From Armatimonadota bacterium (GTDB taxonomy: Bacteria; Armatimonadota; Zipacnadia; Zipacnadales; UBA5352), in assembly GCA_034722055.1 (NCBI GenBank), contig JAYENL010000314.1:55938-119937 (forward strand): a stretch of 64,000 nucleotides of DNA, written 5' to 3'. The position numbers and the translations under genes are program-made. Below the pieces are notes generated by a model that was not told the origin of the DNA, searched no databases, and worked only from the letters and a program-made list of their open reading frames with translations. Each line of letters starts with the position of its first letter. The first letter of the stretch is position 1. Shown here one piece after another: positions 47,146 to 57,197 of this stretch.

Positions 47146-49386
47146 GTGCCCACACGGGTGGCAAAGTTGGCAGAAGAGCAGGCCAGGCCTCGACACCTTG
47201 AGCTTCCGGACTACATCCGGATTCTCTCCAAGCGCAAGTGGTTCATCCTCGTTGTCACCGCCGTGATGATGCTGATGGGTGGCCTCTACGCGCTGTCCAG
47301 TAAGCGCAAGTTCGAGGCCAGCTCGCTGGTGCACGTGCAGCAACGCCCTGAGGGGTTCTTCTGGATCTCCGGCGAGACGGCTGACGTGGTTCCCAACATG
47401 GCGCTGGAGACCTACGGTCGCATGGCTCGGAGCATCGAGGTGGCGGAGGCGGCCGCGGAGAGGCTCGAGAGCCTCCCGAGGGAGAGCCGTGTCATCGCTG
47501 ACGCGGGGGAGATCCGGGACTCGCTGGAAGTCTCAGTCATCAAGCCGGATCTGCTGCGCATCACCGCGACCTCCCCCGTGGAGCGGAGAGCCACTGCCTT
47601 CGCGAACGAGGTGGCCCGGGCCTTCGTGCGGGTCAACACCAGCCAGCGGCAGGAGGAGAGCACTGCCGCGCGGGAGTTCCTCGAAGAGCAGGTGGCCGCG
47701 CGGGAGAAGGAGCTGCAGAAGGTCATCGACGAGATGGCGGCCATGAGCGCCGCCTCCGGCTTCGTGGACCTGGAGGCGGAGATCGCCGGGCTGGTCTCGG
47801 ACCTTCGCGAGTACGAGAACCGGCGCCGACAGGCCAAGGCCGAGGTGGCTGTGGCCGAGTCCACGGTCTCGGAGCTCTCCTCGTTGCAGGACAGCCAGGA
47901 GAAGTTCGCCGTCACCGTTCAGCCGGCGCCCAATCCGGCATGGCAGGCTCTGAGCGAGCAGTCGCTGGCTGCCAGAGTGGAGCTGCAGAGGCTGGAGTCG
48001 CAGTACACCGACGGTCATCCCCGCGTGTTGGATCAGAAGGCCCTGGTGCAGGCGCTGCAGGAGGAGCTGGACCGGACGCCGGCGATTGTCGAGAGCGACG
48101 TGGTTGAGCAGAATCCGGCCGCGGCGGGCATCGACGCCCAGCTCAATGAAGCCCAGATCACGCTCGAGGCGGCGCAGTCCCGGCTGGCGGCCACCAGGGA
48201 GGCGCTGGCCGACCTCAAGAGCCGCATCAGGGGCTTGCCCGAGGAGATGCAGCGGTGGCAGGCGCTCAACGACCGCCTGACCTCCCTCCGCGACGCCTAC
48301 GTCAGCCTGCAGGGAGAGCTGAGGCAGGCGCAACTGGCGGAGGCCATCGAGCAGGGCAATGCCCGCGTGATTGACACCGCCCAGAAGGGCATGGAGATCA
48401 AGGTCTCCTTCGGGAAATCGCTGGCCTTCACTGTCGCGCTGGGACTCTTCGTGGGCCTGGCGCTGGCGATCCTGCTGGAGGCCCTGGACGATACGATCTA
48501 CTCGGTGGAGGACCTGCAGCGGGCGACGGACCTCTACCTGCTGGGCATCGTCCCTCTGCGCACGGACGAGGCGGGCAGCCTGGTGGCCGCCACCGCCCCC
48601 AAGAGCCCCCCGGCCGAGGCCTACCGCACCCTGCGAAGCAACATCCGGTTCTCGCTGTTCGAGGAGCCGGCACGTACCTTCCTCGTGACCAGTGCGGGCA
48701 CCGGTGAGGGCAAGTCCATCACCGCCGCCAACCTGGGCATCGTCTACGCCCAGAGCGGAGACTCGGTGATCGTCGTGGACACTGACCTCCGCCGGCCGGT
48801 CATGCACCGGTTCTTCGAGTTGGACGCCGAGCCGGGGCTGACCAATGTGCTGGTGGGAGACACCGAGGTTGCGGACGTGCTTCAGGACGGCTGCACTCCC
48901 GGTCTGCAGGTGATCACCAGCGGCCCGCTGCCCCCCAATCCCGCCGAGCTGCTGGAGTCCGACCGCATGGCCCGGCTCATCGAGCAGCTCTCTGAGATGG
49001 CGGACGTCATTCTGTTCGACTCCCCGCCGGCGATCATGCTCACCGACGCCGGCATCCTGGCCTCCAGAGTCGATACCACCATCCTTGTCGCGGAGTCCGG
49101 GCAGGTCACCGAGCGGGCCATCCGCGACGTGGAGCGGCTGTTCGAGCACGCTCGCGCCGACGTCCTGGGGGTCGTGCTCAACAAGCTGCGCGTCACCGGC
49201 GGCGATTACTACTATTACTACTACTATTATTATTACTACTATGACGCCGAGCGGTCGCGTCCGGAGACGAATGAACTGGAGCCCGAGGTGGCGCGGCCGG
49301 GAGCGGACGAGGACCTGGTGGACCTGAACGTGCCCGAGCCGGAGGAGGAGGAGCAGTCCGACAGCTCCTCCGACCAGCTTCCGTAG
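47146..49386 (+). CDS. Wzc-like polysaccharide co-polymerase/tyrosine autokinase (BY-kinase)
   Basis: Two TMs flanking a coiled coil; AEAYRTLRSNI, Walker A GTGEGKS, DTDLRRP, FDSPP; C-terminal Tyr cluster. Confidence 0.93.
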   Translation: MPTRVAKLAEEQARPRHLELPDYIRILSKRKWFILVVTAVMMLMGGLYALSSKRKFEASSLVHVQQRPEGFFWISGETADVVPNMALETYGRMARSIEVAEAAAERLESLPRESRVIADAGEIRDSLEVSVIKPDLLRITATSPVERRATAFANEVARAFVRVNTSQRQEESTAAREFLEEQVAAREKELQKVIDEMAAMSAASGFVDLEAEIAGLVSDLREYENRRRQAKAEVAVAESTVSELSSLQDSQEKFAVTVQPAPNPAWQALSEQSLAARVELQRLESQYTDGHPRVLDQKALVQALQEELDRTPAIVESDVVEQNPAAAGIDAQLNEAQITLEAAQSRLAATREALADLKSRIRGLPEEMQRWQALNDRLTSLRDAYVSLQGELRQAQLAEAIEQGNARVIDTAQKGMEIKVSFGKSLAFTVALGLFVGLALAILLEALDDTIYSVEDLQRATDLYLLGIVPLRTDEAGSLVAATAPKSPPAEAYRTLRSNIRFSLFEEPARTFLVTSAGTGEGKSITAANLGIVYAQSGDSVIVVDTDLRRPVMHRFFELDAEPGLTNVLVGDTEVADVLQDGCTPGLQVITSGPLPPNPAELLESDRMARLIEQLSEMADVILFDSPPAIMLTDAGILASRVDTTILVAESGQVTERAIRDVERLFEHARADVLGVVLNKLRVTGGDYYYYYYYYYYYYDAERSRPETNELEPEVARPGADEDLVDLNVPEPEEEEQSDSSSDQLP

Positions 49387-49517
49387 TCGGCCGACCGCGC
49401 TGCCTGCAGGGGCTCCTCACAGGTGCGTCGAATACCTGCACAGGGGGATTCAACGCCTGCACGGCCATCCGCTCGGCGTGCTCCAAACCGGAAGCGTGAT
49501 GACGAGGAGGTGCTCTC

Positions 49518-51674
49518 GTGAGGTGGACCGTTCGCATCTTCCTTGTGATGCTCGCCGTGTGTGCTGGTGGTCTCGTGCTCGCCGGCTGCGGCGCCGAGGA
49601 CGAGGACGAGGTGCCTGCAGCCGAGGCCGTCGAGGCCGACTACTCCACCGCCGAGGTGCCCGACCGCTTCCGCGTCGAGATCACTCCCTCGGCGGAGAGC
49701 TATGAGATCCCGCGCGACCTGGGCACGGTGCGCAACCTGGACTACTTCTCCGAGCTGACCGAGCCCCAGAAGCGGCAGCTTGCCGAGCTGGGCTTTGTCG
49801 TCGTCCCCGATGATGCCGAGCAGATGTTCCTGCTCTACGAGAACTACGCCGAAAGCGACGCCGCGGCCAACTTCATCACCGTGGATTCGATGCTGCAGGC
49901 GTGGCACGTCATCTTTGACTACGCCCTGCGAACGGTCGAGCAGCAGCACCTGGCCGGGCTGGCGCGGCGGATGACCGAGGCCCTGCTGGCTGCCACGGAG
50001 GCCCAGGCTGCCGAGGCGCCGGAGGCGCTGGAGGACAGCATCCGCCGCAACCTGGCGTACTTCGCGGTCGCCTCCAGGCTGCTCGACCCCGCGGCGGAGG
50101 TGCCCGACGACGTCAGAGAGCTGGTGGACGCGGAGCTGGAGCTGATTGACGCTCATCAGGGCCGCGCGCAGTCCCCGGTGATGGGCACCACCGTGCACTA
50201 CTCGCAGTTCGTGCCCCGCGGCCACTACACCCGCTCGGAGGAGCTGGGGCGATACTTCCGCGCCCTGATGTGGTACGGGCTGGTGGGCTTTGAGCTCGAG
50301 CCTGACGATCCCGACGTGCAGCGACGCCACACGCGCCAGGCGCTGCTGCTCGTCAAGGCCCTCGCGGAGAGCCAGACCGCTCGCGACGCCTGGGAGCGCC
50401 TCGGTGAGCCGGTGGAGCTCTTCGTGGGCGCCGCCGACGACCTGAGCTACGCCGAGTACGCCCCTCTGGCGCGGGAGGTGTTCGGCGACGCCTTGCCGCT
50501 GGAGGAGCTGGCGGCTGAGGCCAAGCTGGAGGAGTTCATCGCCCGGGCGCGCGAGGAGTTTCCGGGGCCGAGGATCGCCCCGTTCTTCCTCGAGGCTAAT
50601 GCGGCCGGCGAGCTTGTGGGCGGGCCGAAGGTCCAGGGCCGGCAGTTCCGTGTCCTGGGCCAGCGCTTCATCCCGGACTCCTGGGTCCTGCAGCAGCTCG
50701 TAATGCCGCTGGTGGACAGATACGTACCCATGGGCCTGGACGTGATGGCCGCGCTGGGGTCCCAGCGTGCACGCGAGATCCTCACAGGCCGGTATGACCA
50801 GGATCGCCATGCCCATTACACGCAGCAGCTCGACCAGGTGACGGCCGAGATGCAGGAGACCCCCGAGAGCGTTTGGCGCTCGAACCTCTACTGGGGGTGG
50901 CTGCACGCGCTGGTCCCGCTGCTGGAGCCGAGGGGCGAGGGCTATCCCACCTTCATGCACACTGACGAGTGGCTGGACAAGCAGTTGAGTTCATCGCTGG
51001 CAAGCTGGGCGGAGATGCGCCATGACACCATCCTCTACGCCAAGCAGTCCGGTGCTGAGGGCGAGGCGATGAAGGCCGCGGCGCCCAAGGGGTACGTGGA
51101 GCCATACCCGGAGGTCTTTGCGCGCCTGGCGTGGCTGGCGTGGCGCTCGCGGCAGGGGCTGGAGGAGCGCGGGATACTGCCCGAATCGCTGGAGCAGCCG
51201 CTCGGGAGGCTGGAGGAGACGCTGCTGTTCCTCAAGTCCGTGGCCGAGAAGGAGCTGACGGGCGAGCCGCGAACGGCCGAGGAGTACGAGCGCATCCAGT
51301 ACTTCGGCGGGGAGCTGGAGCGACTGACGCTGCAGGTGACCGAGGGCGGAGAGCGTGCTGCGTACTGGTTCGAGATCGAGAACCAGACCGGCCGCAATCT
51401 CGCCTGCATCGCCGACGTGCACACCTTCTTCGACCGGGTGCTGGAGGTCGGCGTCGGCCCGGCCTATCGCATCTACGTCGTGGTCCCGCACCCCGACGGC
51501 GATCTGCAGATCGCGCGTGGCGGGTGCTTCAGCTACTGGGAGTTCCATTGGCCGGCCTCAGACCGTCTCACCGATGAGAAGTGGCAGGCGATGCTGGCAT
51601 CCGGTGAGGCTCCGGCCCGGCCGGAGTGGACGGAGAGCTTCGTGGTGCCCGGGGGCCCGCCGCACCAGCCCTGA
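49518..51674 (+). CDS. DUF3160 family lipoprotein
   Basis: Lipobox LAGC; FITVDS..WH..FD, YSQFVPRGHY, YFRALMWYG, ASWAEMRHDTILYAKQ, GYVEPYP, RLTDEKW. Confidence 0.88.
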   Translation: MRWTVRIFLVMLAVCAGGLVLAGCGAEDEDEVPAAEAVEADYSTAEVPDRFRVEITPSAESYEIPRDLGTVRNLDYFSELTEPQKRQLAELGFVVVPDDAEQMFLLYENYAESDAAANFITVDSMLQAWHVIFDYALRTVEQQHLAGLARRMTEALLAATEAQAAEAPEALEDSIRRNLAYFAVASRLLDPAAEVPDDVRELVDAELELIDAHQGRAQSPVMGTTVHYSQFVPRGHYTRSEELGRYFRALMWYGLVGFELEPDDPDVQRRHTRQALLLVKALAESQTARDAWERLGEPVELFVGAADDLSYAEYAPLAREVFGDALPLEELAAEAKLEEFIARAREEFPGPRIAPFFLEANAAGELVGGPKVQGRQFRVLGQRFIPDSWVLQQLVMPLVDRYVPMGLDVMAALGSQRAREILTGRYDQDRHAHYTQQLDQVTAEMQETPESVWRSNLYWGWLHALVPLLEPRGEGYPTFMHTDEWLDKQLSSSLASWAEMRHDTILYAKQSGAEGEAMKAAAPKGYVEPYPEVFARLAWLAWRSRQGLEERGILPESLEQPLGRLEETLLFLKSVAEKELTGEPRTAEEYERIQYFGGELERLTLQVTEGGERAAYWFEIENQTGRNLACIADVHTFFDRVLEVGVGPAYRIYVVVPHPDGDLQIARGGCFSYWEFHWPASDRLTDEKWQAMLASGEAPARPEWTESFVVPGGPPHQP

Positions 51675-51706
51675 GCCGGCCTGCCGCATAGTCAGGAGGA
51701 GAGACG

Positions 51707-52348
51707 ATGAGCGATCAGCCCGACCTCAACGAACTGTGGGAGCAGGCCCGCCAGCGGCTGCTCAACAAGATGGAGGACCTCGACCGCCCCCTGTGGGACG
51801 CCGCACAGATCGCCCAGCCCCTGGTGCTGGACGAGGACACCTTCGTGCTGGGCGTGCCGCCGGGGAAGATGGCCGACGGCTCACACCTGACAGCCACCAC
51901 CAAGCTGCCCATTGTGCGGGAGGCCGTCTCCGAGGTGGTGGGTCGGCGGGTGGAGATCGAGCTCGTGGAGGGCACCGATCCGGGGGCCTGGGAGCGGGAG
52001 AAGCAGCGACGCGCCGAGCGCGAGGAGATGGCCGAGCGGCGCGGGCGCGCCGCCCGCGAGGCCGCCGGCGTCCGGGGCGTCTGGCAGGACCTCTACGAGG
52101 AGATCAGCGAGCTGTTCGGCAGCGCGCGCGAGCGTCGCTTCCCGGTGGCGCGGGCACAGAGGCTGGGCAAGGCCCTCCTGGCCGTCCGCGATGCCGAGGC
52201 TCGGGCCCGGCAGGCCGACCCGGAGGCGGAGGAGGTCCATCACCATCAGCTCAACCGCGCTATCGATCGCATCGCGACGCTCTCCGAGCTGCCTGGCACC
52301 ATGGTGGCCGTGGAGTACATGCGCGTGAAGTCCAGGAAAGAGGGCTGA
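51707..52348 (+). CDS. Hypothetical protein with a DnaA-domain-I-like N-terminus
   Basis: AGGAG RBS; LWEQARQRL...QPLVLDEDTFVLGVP...VREAVSEVVGRRVEIELV, then charged helices. Confidence 0.65.
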   Translation: MSDQPDLNELWEQARQRLLNKMEDLDRPLWDAAQIAQPLVLDEDTFVLGVPPGKMADGSHLTATTKLPIVREAVSEVVGRRVEIELVEGTDPGAWEREKQRRAEREEMAERRGRAAREAAGVRGVWQDLYEEISELFGSARERRFPVARAQRLGKALLAVRDAEARARQADPEAEEVHHHQLNRAIDRIATLSELPGTMVAVEYMRVKSRKEG

Positions 52349-52524
52349 GGCAGCGCCCGCAGGCGGAGGGCGGCATACGCTGAGGGGCGGATGTGGCTGT
52401 GGGGGTCTCCGGGGAAGAACACTGCATTCCTGCTCTTGCACATCCCGCCCGTGCGGCGCGATTCCCCGAAGAGCGCCGTGTCTGCGGACCGCGCACGCGG
52501 AACAGAGCTTCTGACCGCCGGCTC

Positions 52525-55500
52525 TCACCGGAGCATTCGGAAGGACTTCCCCTCGACCGTCAGCACAAGCGCGTCGCCCTCGAGCTGGACCTGCTCGTCG
52601 CTGATGCAGTCCGTCAGCGGCCCACCGGGGCGGACGGTTTCGGCGAGCCGCACCTGTACCTCCTGTGGCTGCTCGGTGAGGTTGGAGACGATGAGCATGA
52701 CCCGGCCGTCGCGCTCGTAGAGGCTGGCGACGATCCTCGGGTCTCGTGGCGAGAGCTGCACCAGGTCCTCGTTCTCCCAGTATCCGTGGAAGGTCGCCTG
52801 GCCGATGCCGAACTCCGCCTGCGCCGACCAGACCCGCAGCACGAGGTCCTTGCTGATGTGCTGGCGTCGCGCGAAGGGTGTGCCGTGTACCAGCAGCAGG
52901 GCCAGCGTGTCGTACATCTGCCGCACCTGCATCTGCTCGTCGGTGCGGGAGGTCGTCACCAGCCACATGGGGACTACGCCCCACTGAGTGGCCACCAGAT
53001 GCGCCCGCCAGAAGTCCAGTGGAAGCATGTCGGAGAGGAAGGCGTCGCCGGTGCGCAGCGGGCCCTGCACCATCTCGCCCTCCCAGTTCGCGGTGGCGAA
53101 GGAGAAGCAGGGCGTGGCCATCTTGCCGTCCGCGTGGATCCAGATGACCGGATCCTCGTGCCTCTCGGTCAGCATCCTCCACAGCCGCTTGTAGAACTCT
53201 CGCATGCCGAAGATGGGATACTCCAGGGCCCGAGAGCCGGCCTGGGTGATCCATCCGTGATCGTGCAGACTGTTGCGGCAGGCGACAGGCGGCCCGGCGC
53301 CGTCGAAGTAGACGCCATCCACGTGGTGTTCAGTCACCCAGCGCTCGATGCCCGCCAGCAGGTAGTCGCCGAAGGTGCTGGCGGGGTCGGCCCCCATGAT
53401 GACGCGGTCGCCGCCGCCGATCTGCCGGGGGGAGGTGATACGCCACGCCGGATAGTAGCGCTCGAAGTCCGTGGCGATGGTGCTCACGCCCATCAGGTAC
53501 AGGTAGGGCACCATGCGCGTGCCCGTAGCGTGCACCTTGTCGGCGAACTCGCCGAGCGTGTCCATGACGTCCAGTGGCGTGGTATGCGCGGGGGCAAACA
53601 GCGGCCGGGGGCCGTCGGCGAACCACAGGTAGCGCCACTGCAGCGGGATGCCGCGCTCCTCCCAGTGCATCTCGGCCCTCTGCTGCAGCCGCCGCGGATA
53701 GACCCGGTCCGCGCGCCACGCCCGCCAGTCCTCGGGCACCGGCTTGACGGGCGTGGCCTGCAGCCCGAAGGTGATCCACCGATCACCGAGCTCACTCCGA
53801 CCGTCGATGAGGGTGACGACCAGCTCGGTGGCTCCCTCGCGGCGGCGGACCTGGATGGGCTCACCCTCGACGCTCCAGCCGCGCTGGGACTGTGCGAACC
53901 ACATCAGGCCCCGCTCGTCATCGCCCAGCCACACGAAGGGCCGGAAGGCCAGGGAGAGCCCGTCATCGGGCAGCTCTCCCGCGAAGCCTCGCGCGTAGTA
54001 CGATGAGCAGTGGTGGTAATAGGTTGCGCGCTCGGGCCGCAGAGGCACGATCAGGCGCATGGCCTCCACGGCATCTGCAGCCCCGGGCATGAACCGCAGG
54101 TCGAAGCGGAGCATGCCATCGAACTCCGCCCGGGTAGTGACCAGGACGCGGGCCTCGCCGAGCTCCGCGGTCGCCAGGTACTCGGCCTCCGTGTCACGCG
54201 TTCGGGTCACCAGCCGGCGTGCCAGGCGCAACCGCTGTGTGCCGCCGCCGGCGCTGACCTCGAGGCGAACCGGCGCCGCCAGCAGCTCCTCACCCGCGGA
54301 GGTCACCTGAGCCAGCAGCGGCTCGGCGCCCAGCTCGTAGCGCCGGCCCCAGACCTGCACCCTGTCCGAGGAGCACTCCATCGGCGTCCAGGGCGGCGGC
54401 ACGGAATCCCCCCGGCCCAGCCGGCTGCCCCGCTTGTACCACTCGGGCATCGCGCGTTGCTCCCACACCAGCCGCCCTGAGCGCAGCACCTCGCCGGTGC
54501 CGGGATGGACGATCCGCCAGGCGCAGTCATGCTCACCCATCGGCCAGCCGGCCACGCTCACCACCGCGTGTCGCACGCCTCCGGTGCGCAGGCCCTCACG
54601 GCGGAGAATGCGCAGGAAGTCGCCCTCGCGCTGGCTCACGCGGAGGTGTACGTCGGCCGTCGGCGGTGTGTCGATGGTGCTCAGGTCGGCCTCCAGGAAC
54701 GCGATCCGCTCGGAGGGGTGCGCGTGCAGCTTGAGATAGCGGGGCTGTCTCGCCACCAGGGGCAGGACCTGGTGGTAGATAAGCGCCCCGCCCTCGTCCG
54801 CCGCGGCCACGTAGAGCAGCTTGCGGCCCTCCTCGCGGGTGGGGAGGCGAAGCTGAAACGGCTCCTGGCCCCCAGCGCTGAGCGTCCAGGTGAGGCGCTC
54901 CGGCCAGGCGGGGTTGTTGGGCGCCGGGGCCGACTTCTCGATGGCGGGTCCGAAGTCGGTGAGGTCGGCGCCGACCGAGACCCGCCCGGCGCCGCGTGGC
55001 CGCATTACGGAGCCGTCCACGATCACCTCGCCGGGCTGCGCCGTGTCGATCTCGTCCACCTGGGCCAGCGGCGTCTCCGCAGCGAACCGCAGGAAGCCCC
55101 AGCGCGGCGGATTGTAGTAGCCGCGCACGGTGTAGGCCCAGGAGGTGAACGCGCCCGCGCTGCGGGCGAAGTTCGCGCGCCACACCTGGCCGGTGGCGTC
55201 GCCCACGCCCAGCTCGGCCCAGGCGATCGACAGCTCGCAGCTCCAGTGCCCTCGCTCCACCCGGTTGGCGAACTGCCAGTCGCCGTCCCAGGACTTGTCC
55301 TGGCCGCGGCGGTCGAAGATAGTTCCCGCGCTGTTGCCGACGAGCTGGAAGAAGTCGTCGGCCTCCGAGCCGCCCTCGGGCAGCAGGTAGACCTCGATGG
55401 AGTCATCGGCCCAGACGCCCGTGTCGCGCTCCATGACCGACGTGCGCGGCAGCTCCTCGGGGCCCATGGACAGCTCGAACGCCACATACAGCCGCTGATC

Positions 55501-55740
55501 GTCGTAGGAGATGCGCACCACGGTCTGCTGGTCAGCGAGGTTGGCGTCGGCGAGGTTGACGAAGCCGGTAGTCGCGGCCGCGAAGCGCCACTCGTGCGGC
55601 TCGACCGTCCCGTCGATGGTCGGCGGATGCGGCGTCTTGGCCACCGCGATCGTAGGTGGCGAGATGTCCGCCAGCGGCTGGTCCTCACCGGCGGTGAGGG
55701 CGGCTGCGAGCATCATGCACAGAGCCATGAGGACGCGCAT
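52525..55740 (-). CDS. Large secreted glycoside hydrolase-like protein (CBM9-like N-terminus + DUF6067/GH123-like catalytic region)
   Basis: Signal peptide; PTIDG...YDDQRLYVAF...WADDSIEVY; VPPPWTP; DDERGLMWF; GLQATPVKP; DGVYFD. Confidence 0.75.
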   Translation of the reverse strand: MRVLMALCMMLAAALTAGEDQPLADISPPTIAVAKTPHPPTIDGTVEPHEWRFAAATTGFVNLADANLADQQTVVRISYDDQRLYVAFELSMGPEELPRTSVMERDTGVWADDSIEVYLLPEGGSEADDFFQLVGNSAGTIFDRRGQDKSWDGDWQFANRVERGHWSCELSIAWAELGVGDATGQVWRANFARSAGAFTSWAYTVRGYYNPPRWGFLRFAAETPLAQVDEIDTAQPGEVIVDGSVMRPRGAGRVSVGADLTDFGPAIEKSAPAPNNPAWPERLTWTLSAGGQEPFQLRLPTREEGRKLLYVAAADEGGALIYHQVLPLVARQPRYLKLHAHPSERIAFLEADLSTIDTPPTADVHLRVSQREGDFLRILRREGLRTGGVRHAVVSVAGWPMGEHDCAWRIVHPGTGEVLRSGRLVWEQRAMPEWYKRGSRLGRGDSVPPPWTPMECSSDRVQVWGRRYELGAEPLLAQVTSAGEELLAAPVRLEVSAGGGTQRLRLARRLVTRTRDTEAEYLATAELGEARVLVTTRAEFDGMLRFDLRFMPGAADAVEAMRLIVPLRPERATYYHHCSSYYARGFAGELPDDGLSLAFRPFVWLGDDERGLMWFAQSQRGWSVEGEPIQVRRREGATELVVTLIDGRSELGDRWITFGLQATPVKPVPEDWRAWRADRVYPRRLQQRAEMHWEERGIPLQWRYLWFADGPRPLFAPAHTTPLDVMDTLGEFADKVHATGTRMVPYLYLMGVSTIATDFERYYPAWRITSPRQIGGGDRVIMGADPASTFGDYLLAGIERWVTEHHVDGVYFDGAGPPVACRNSLHDHGWITQAGSRALEYPIFGMREFYKRLWRMLTERHEDPVIWIHADGKMATPCFSFATANWEGEMVQGPLRTGDAFLSDMLPLDFWRAHLVATQWGVVPMWLVTTSRTDEQMQVRQMYDTLALLLVHGTPFARRQHISKDLVLRVWSAQAEFGIGQATFHGYWENEDLVQLSPRDPRIVASLYERDGRVMLIVSNLTEQPQEVQVRLAETVRPGGPLTDCISDEQVQLEGDALVLTVEGKSFRMLR

Positions 55741-55803
55741 CACAGTGGAACCTCCCGTCTTCGCGTCGGTCCGCGTTGCGCCCCGCTTCCGTCCCTTCGC
55801 CGG

Positions 55804-56838
55804 TTATCCCTCCGGGGACATGCCCACCCCCGCCACCGGCGTGCCGCATGAGGGGCACCGTGCGCCCGCCGCCACGCGGTTCTCCACGAGCCCGAAGCGC
55901 GCCCGCCGCACCAGCAGCTCGCCGCAGGTCTGGCAGTGCGTGTTCTGCTCGCCGGGGACGTTCCCCACGTACACGTAGCGGAGTCCGGCGTCGCGGCCGA
56001 TGTCGCGGGCCCGCTCCAGCGTCTGCAGGGGCGTCGGTGGCCGGTCGGCCAACTCATGCGCGGGATGGAAGCGATTCACGTGCCACGGGACCTCGGGCCC
56101 CAGCTCGCCGGCGATGAAGCCCGCCAGCTCTCTCAACTCGCCGGGCTGGTCGTTGACGCCGGGGATGACCAGCGTGGTGACCTCCACCCAGATGCCGCGC
56201 GCCACCATCGCGCTCAGCGTATCCAGCACCGGCTGCAGCCGGGCGCGGGGGTAACGCCGGTAGGTCTCGTCGCTGAAGGCCTTCAGGTCCACGTTGGCGG
56301 CGTCCAGCCACCCGGCCGCCATCTCCAGCGCCCCAGGCGTCATGTAGCCGTTGGTCACGAAGGTGTTGGCCAGGCCCTCGGCTCGCGCCAGCTCCGCGGT
56401 GTCCTTTGCGAACTCGAAGAAGATCGTGGGCTCGGTGAAGGTGTAGGAGATGGCCTGGCAGTGGCGCTCCAGCGCAGCTTTCACGATCTGGTCCGCCGTG
56501 CGGGCGGTGCCGGCCGGGCGTCGCCGGGCAGGCGCCCGCGAGATCTCCGCATTCTGGCACCAGGGGCAGCGGAAGTTGCAGCCCGGCGTGGCGATGGAGT
56601 GCTGCGAAGTCCCCGGGTGGAAGTGGTGCAGGGGCTTGAGCTCCACGGGGTTGGGGTGCTCGGCCACGATGCTGCCGTAGACGAGCGTGTAGAGGACGCC
56701 GCCGCGGTTCTCGCGCACCCGGCAGATACCGCGAGCGCCCTCCTCGATCACACAGCGGTGCCCGCAGAGGCCGCAGCGGACGCGCCCGGAGTCACGCGGC
56801 TCCCAGAGAATCGCGCGTCTGACAGTGTCATCGGGCAT
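55804..56838 (-). CDS. amrS: AmmeMemoRadiSam system radical SAM enzyme
   Basis: CGLCGHRC..GICRVR, PVELKPLHHFHPG, CNFRCPWCQN, YTFTEP, VTNGY, RFHP, YVYVGN, CxxC. Confidence 0.9.
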   Translation of the reverse strand: MPDDTVRRAILWEPRDSGRVRCGLCGHRCVIEEGARGICRVRENRGGVLYTLVYGSIVAEHPNPVELKPLHHFHPGTSQHSIATPGCNFRCPWCQNAEISRAPARRRPAGTARTADQIVKAALERHCQAISYTFTEPTIFFEFAKDTAELARAEGLANTFVTNGYMTPGALEMAAGWLDAANVDLKAFSDETYRRYPRARLQPVLDTLSAMVARGIWVEVTTLVIPGVNDQPGELRELAGFIAGELGPEVPWHVNRFHPAHELADRPPTPLQTLERARDIGRDAGLRYVYVGNVPGEQNTHCQTCGELLVRRARFGLVENRVAAGARCPSCGTPVAGVGMSPEG

Positions 56839-56930
56839 GGCGATGATCATCACATCCGGGTCGGGGCTCGCCTCCTCACGGACAGATTCGCTGCGGGTTT
56901 GCCGGCGCCCTGTCGCGGGTAAAATCACTA

Positions 56931-57098
56931 TGCCACTATCGCCACGGGATACGGGTGTGATGCCTATGATTGTCCCGTAGCGCCGAGAGACACATCGCAC
57001 CAGAGATCATCACTCGGAGGTGGCACCAACAACTGGTCGTACCAGAAACTCCCTGAAGTACGAGCCTGCCCGGCCGCCCGCGTCGGGCAGGCTCTTGT
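56931..57098 (+). ncRNA. Candidate structured leader RNA or sRNA with terminator
   Basis: Follows a TAAAAT -10 (56920-56925). Predicted three-way junction with 9-nt loop-loop complementarity, then terminator GAGCCTGCCCG/CGGGCAGGCTC (57062-57094). No known family recognised. Confidence 0.4.
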
Positions 57099-57197
57099 GC
57101 GTACGCCTGGTATTCCCAGTGCGCATGGAGGACACGACCGCTTCGGCGTTCAAGAGAGGTGTGTTGATGCACATTCAGGCTGTCACTGGAGGATGCC

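Noticed and set aside
49207..49242. Phase-variable microsatellite
   Set aside because: An in-frame triplet tract with mixed TAC/TAT codons at the expected position of the BY-kinase Tyr cluster
56931..57098. Known RNAs (ZTP, purine or lysine riboswitch, SRP Alu domain, 6S)
   Set aside because: The conserved core nucleotides of these families were not found by eye; kept only as an unassigned candidate
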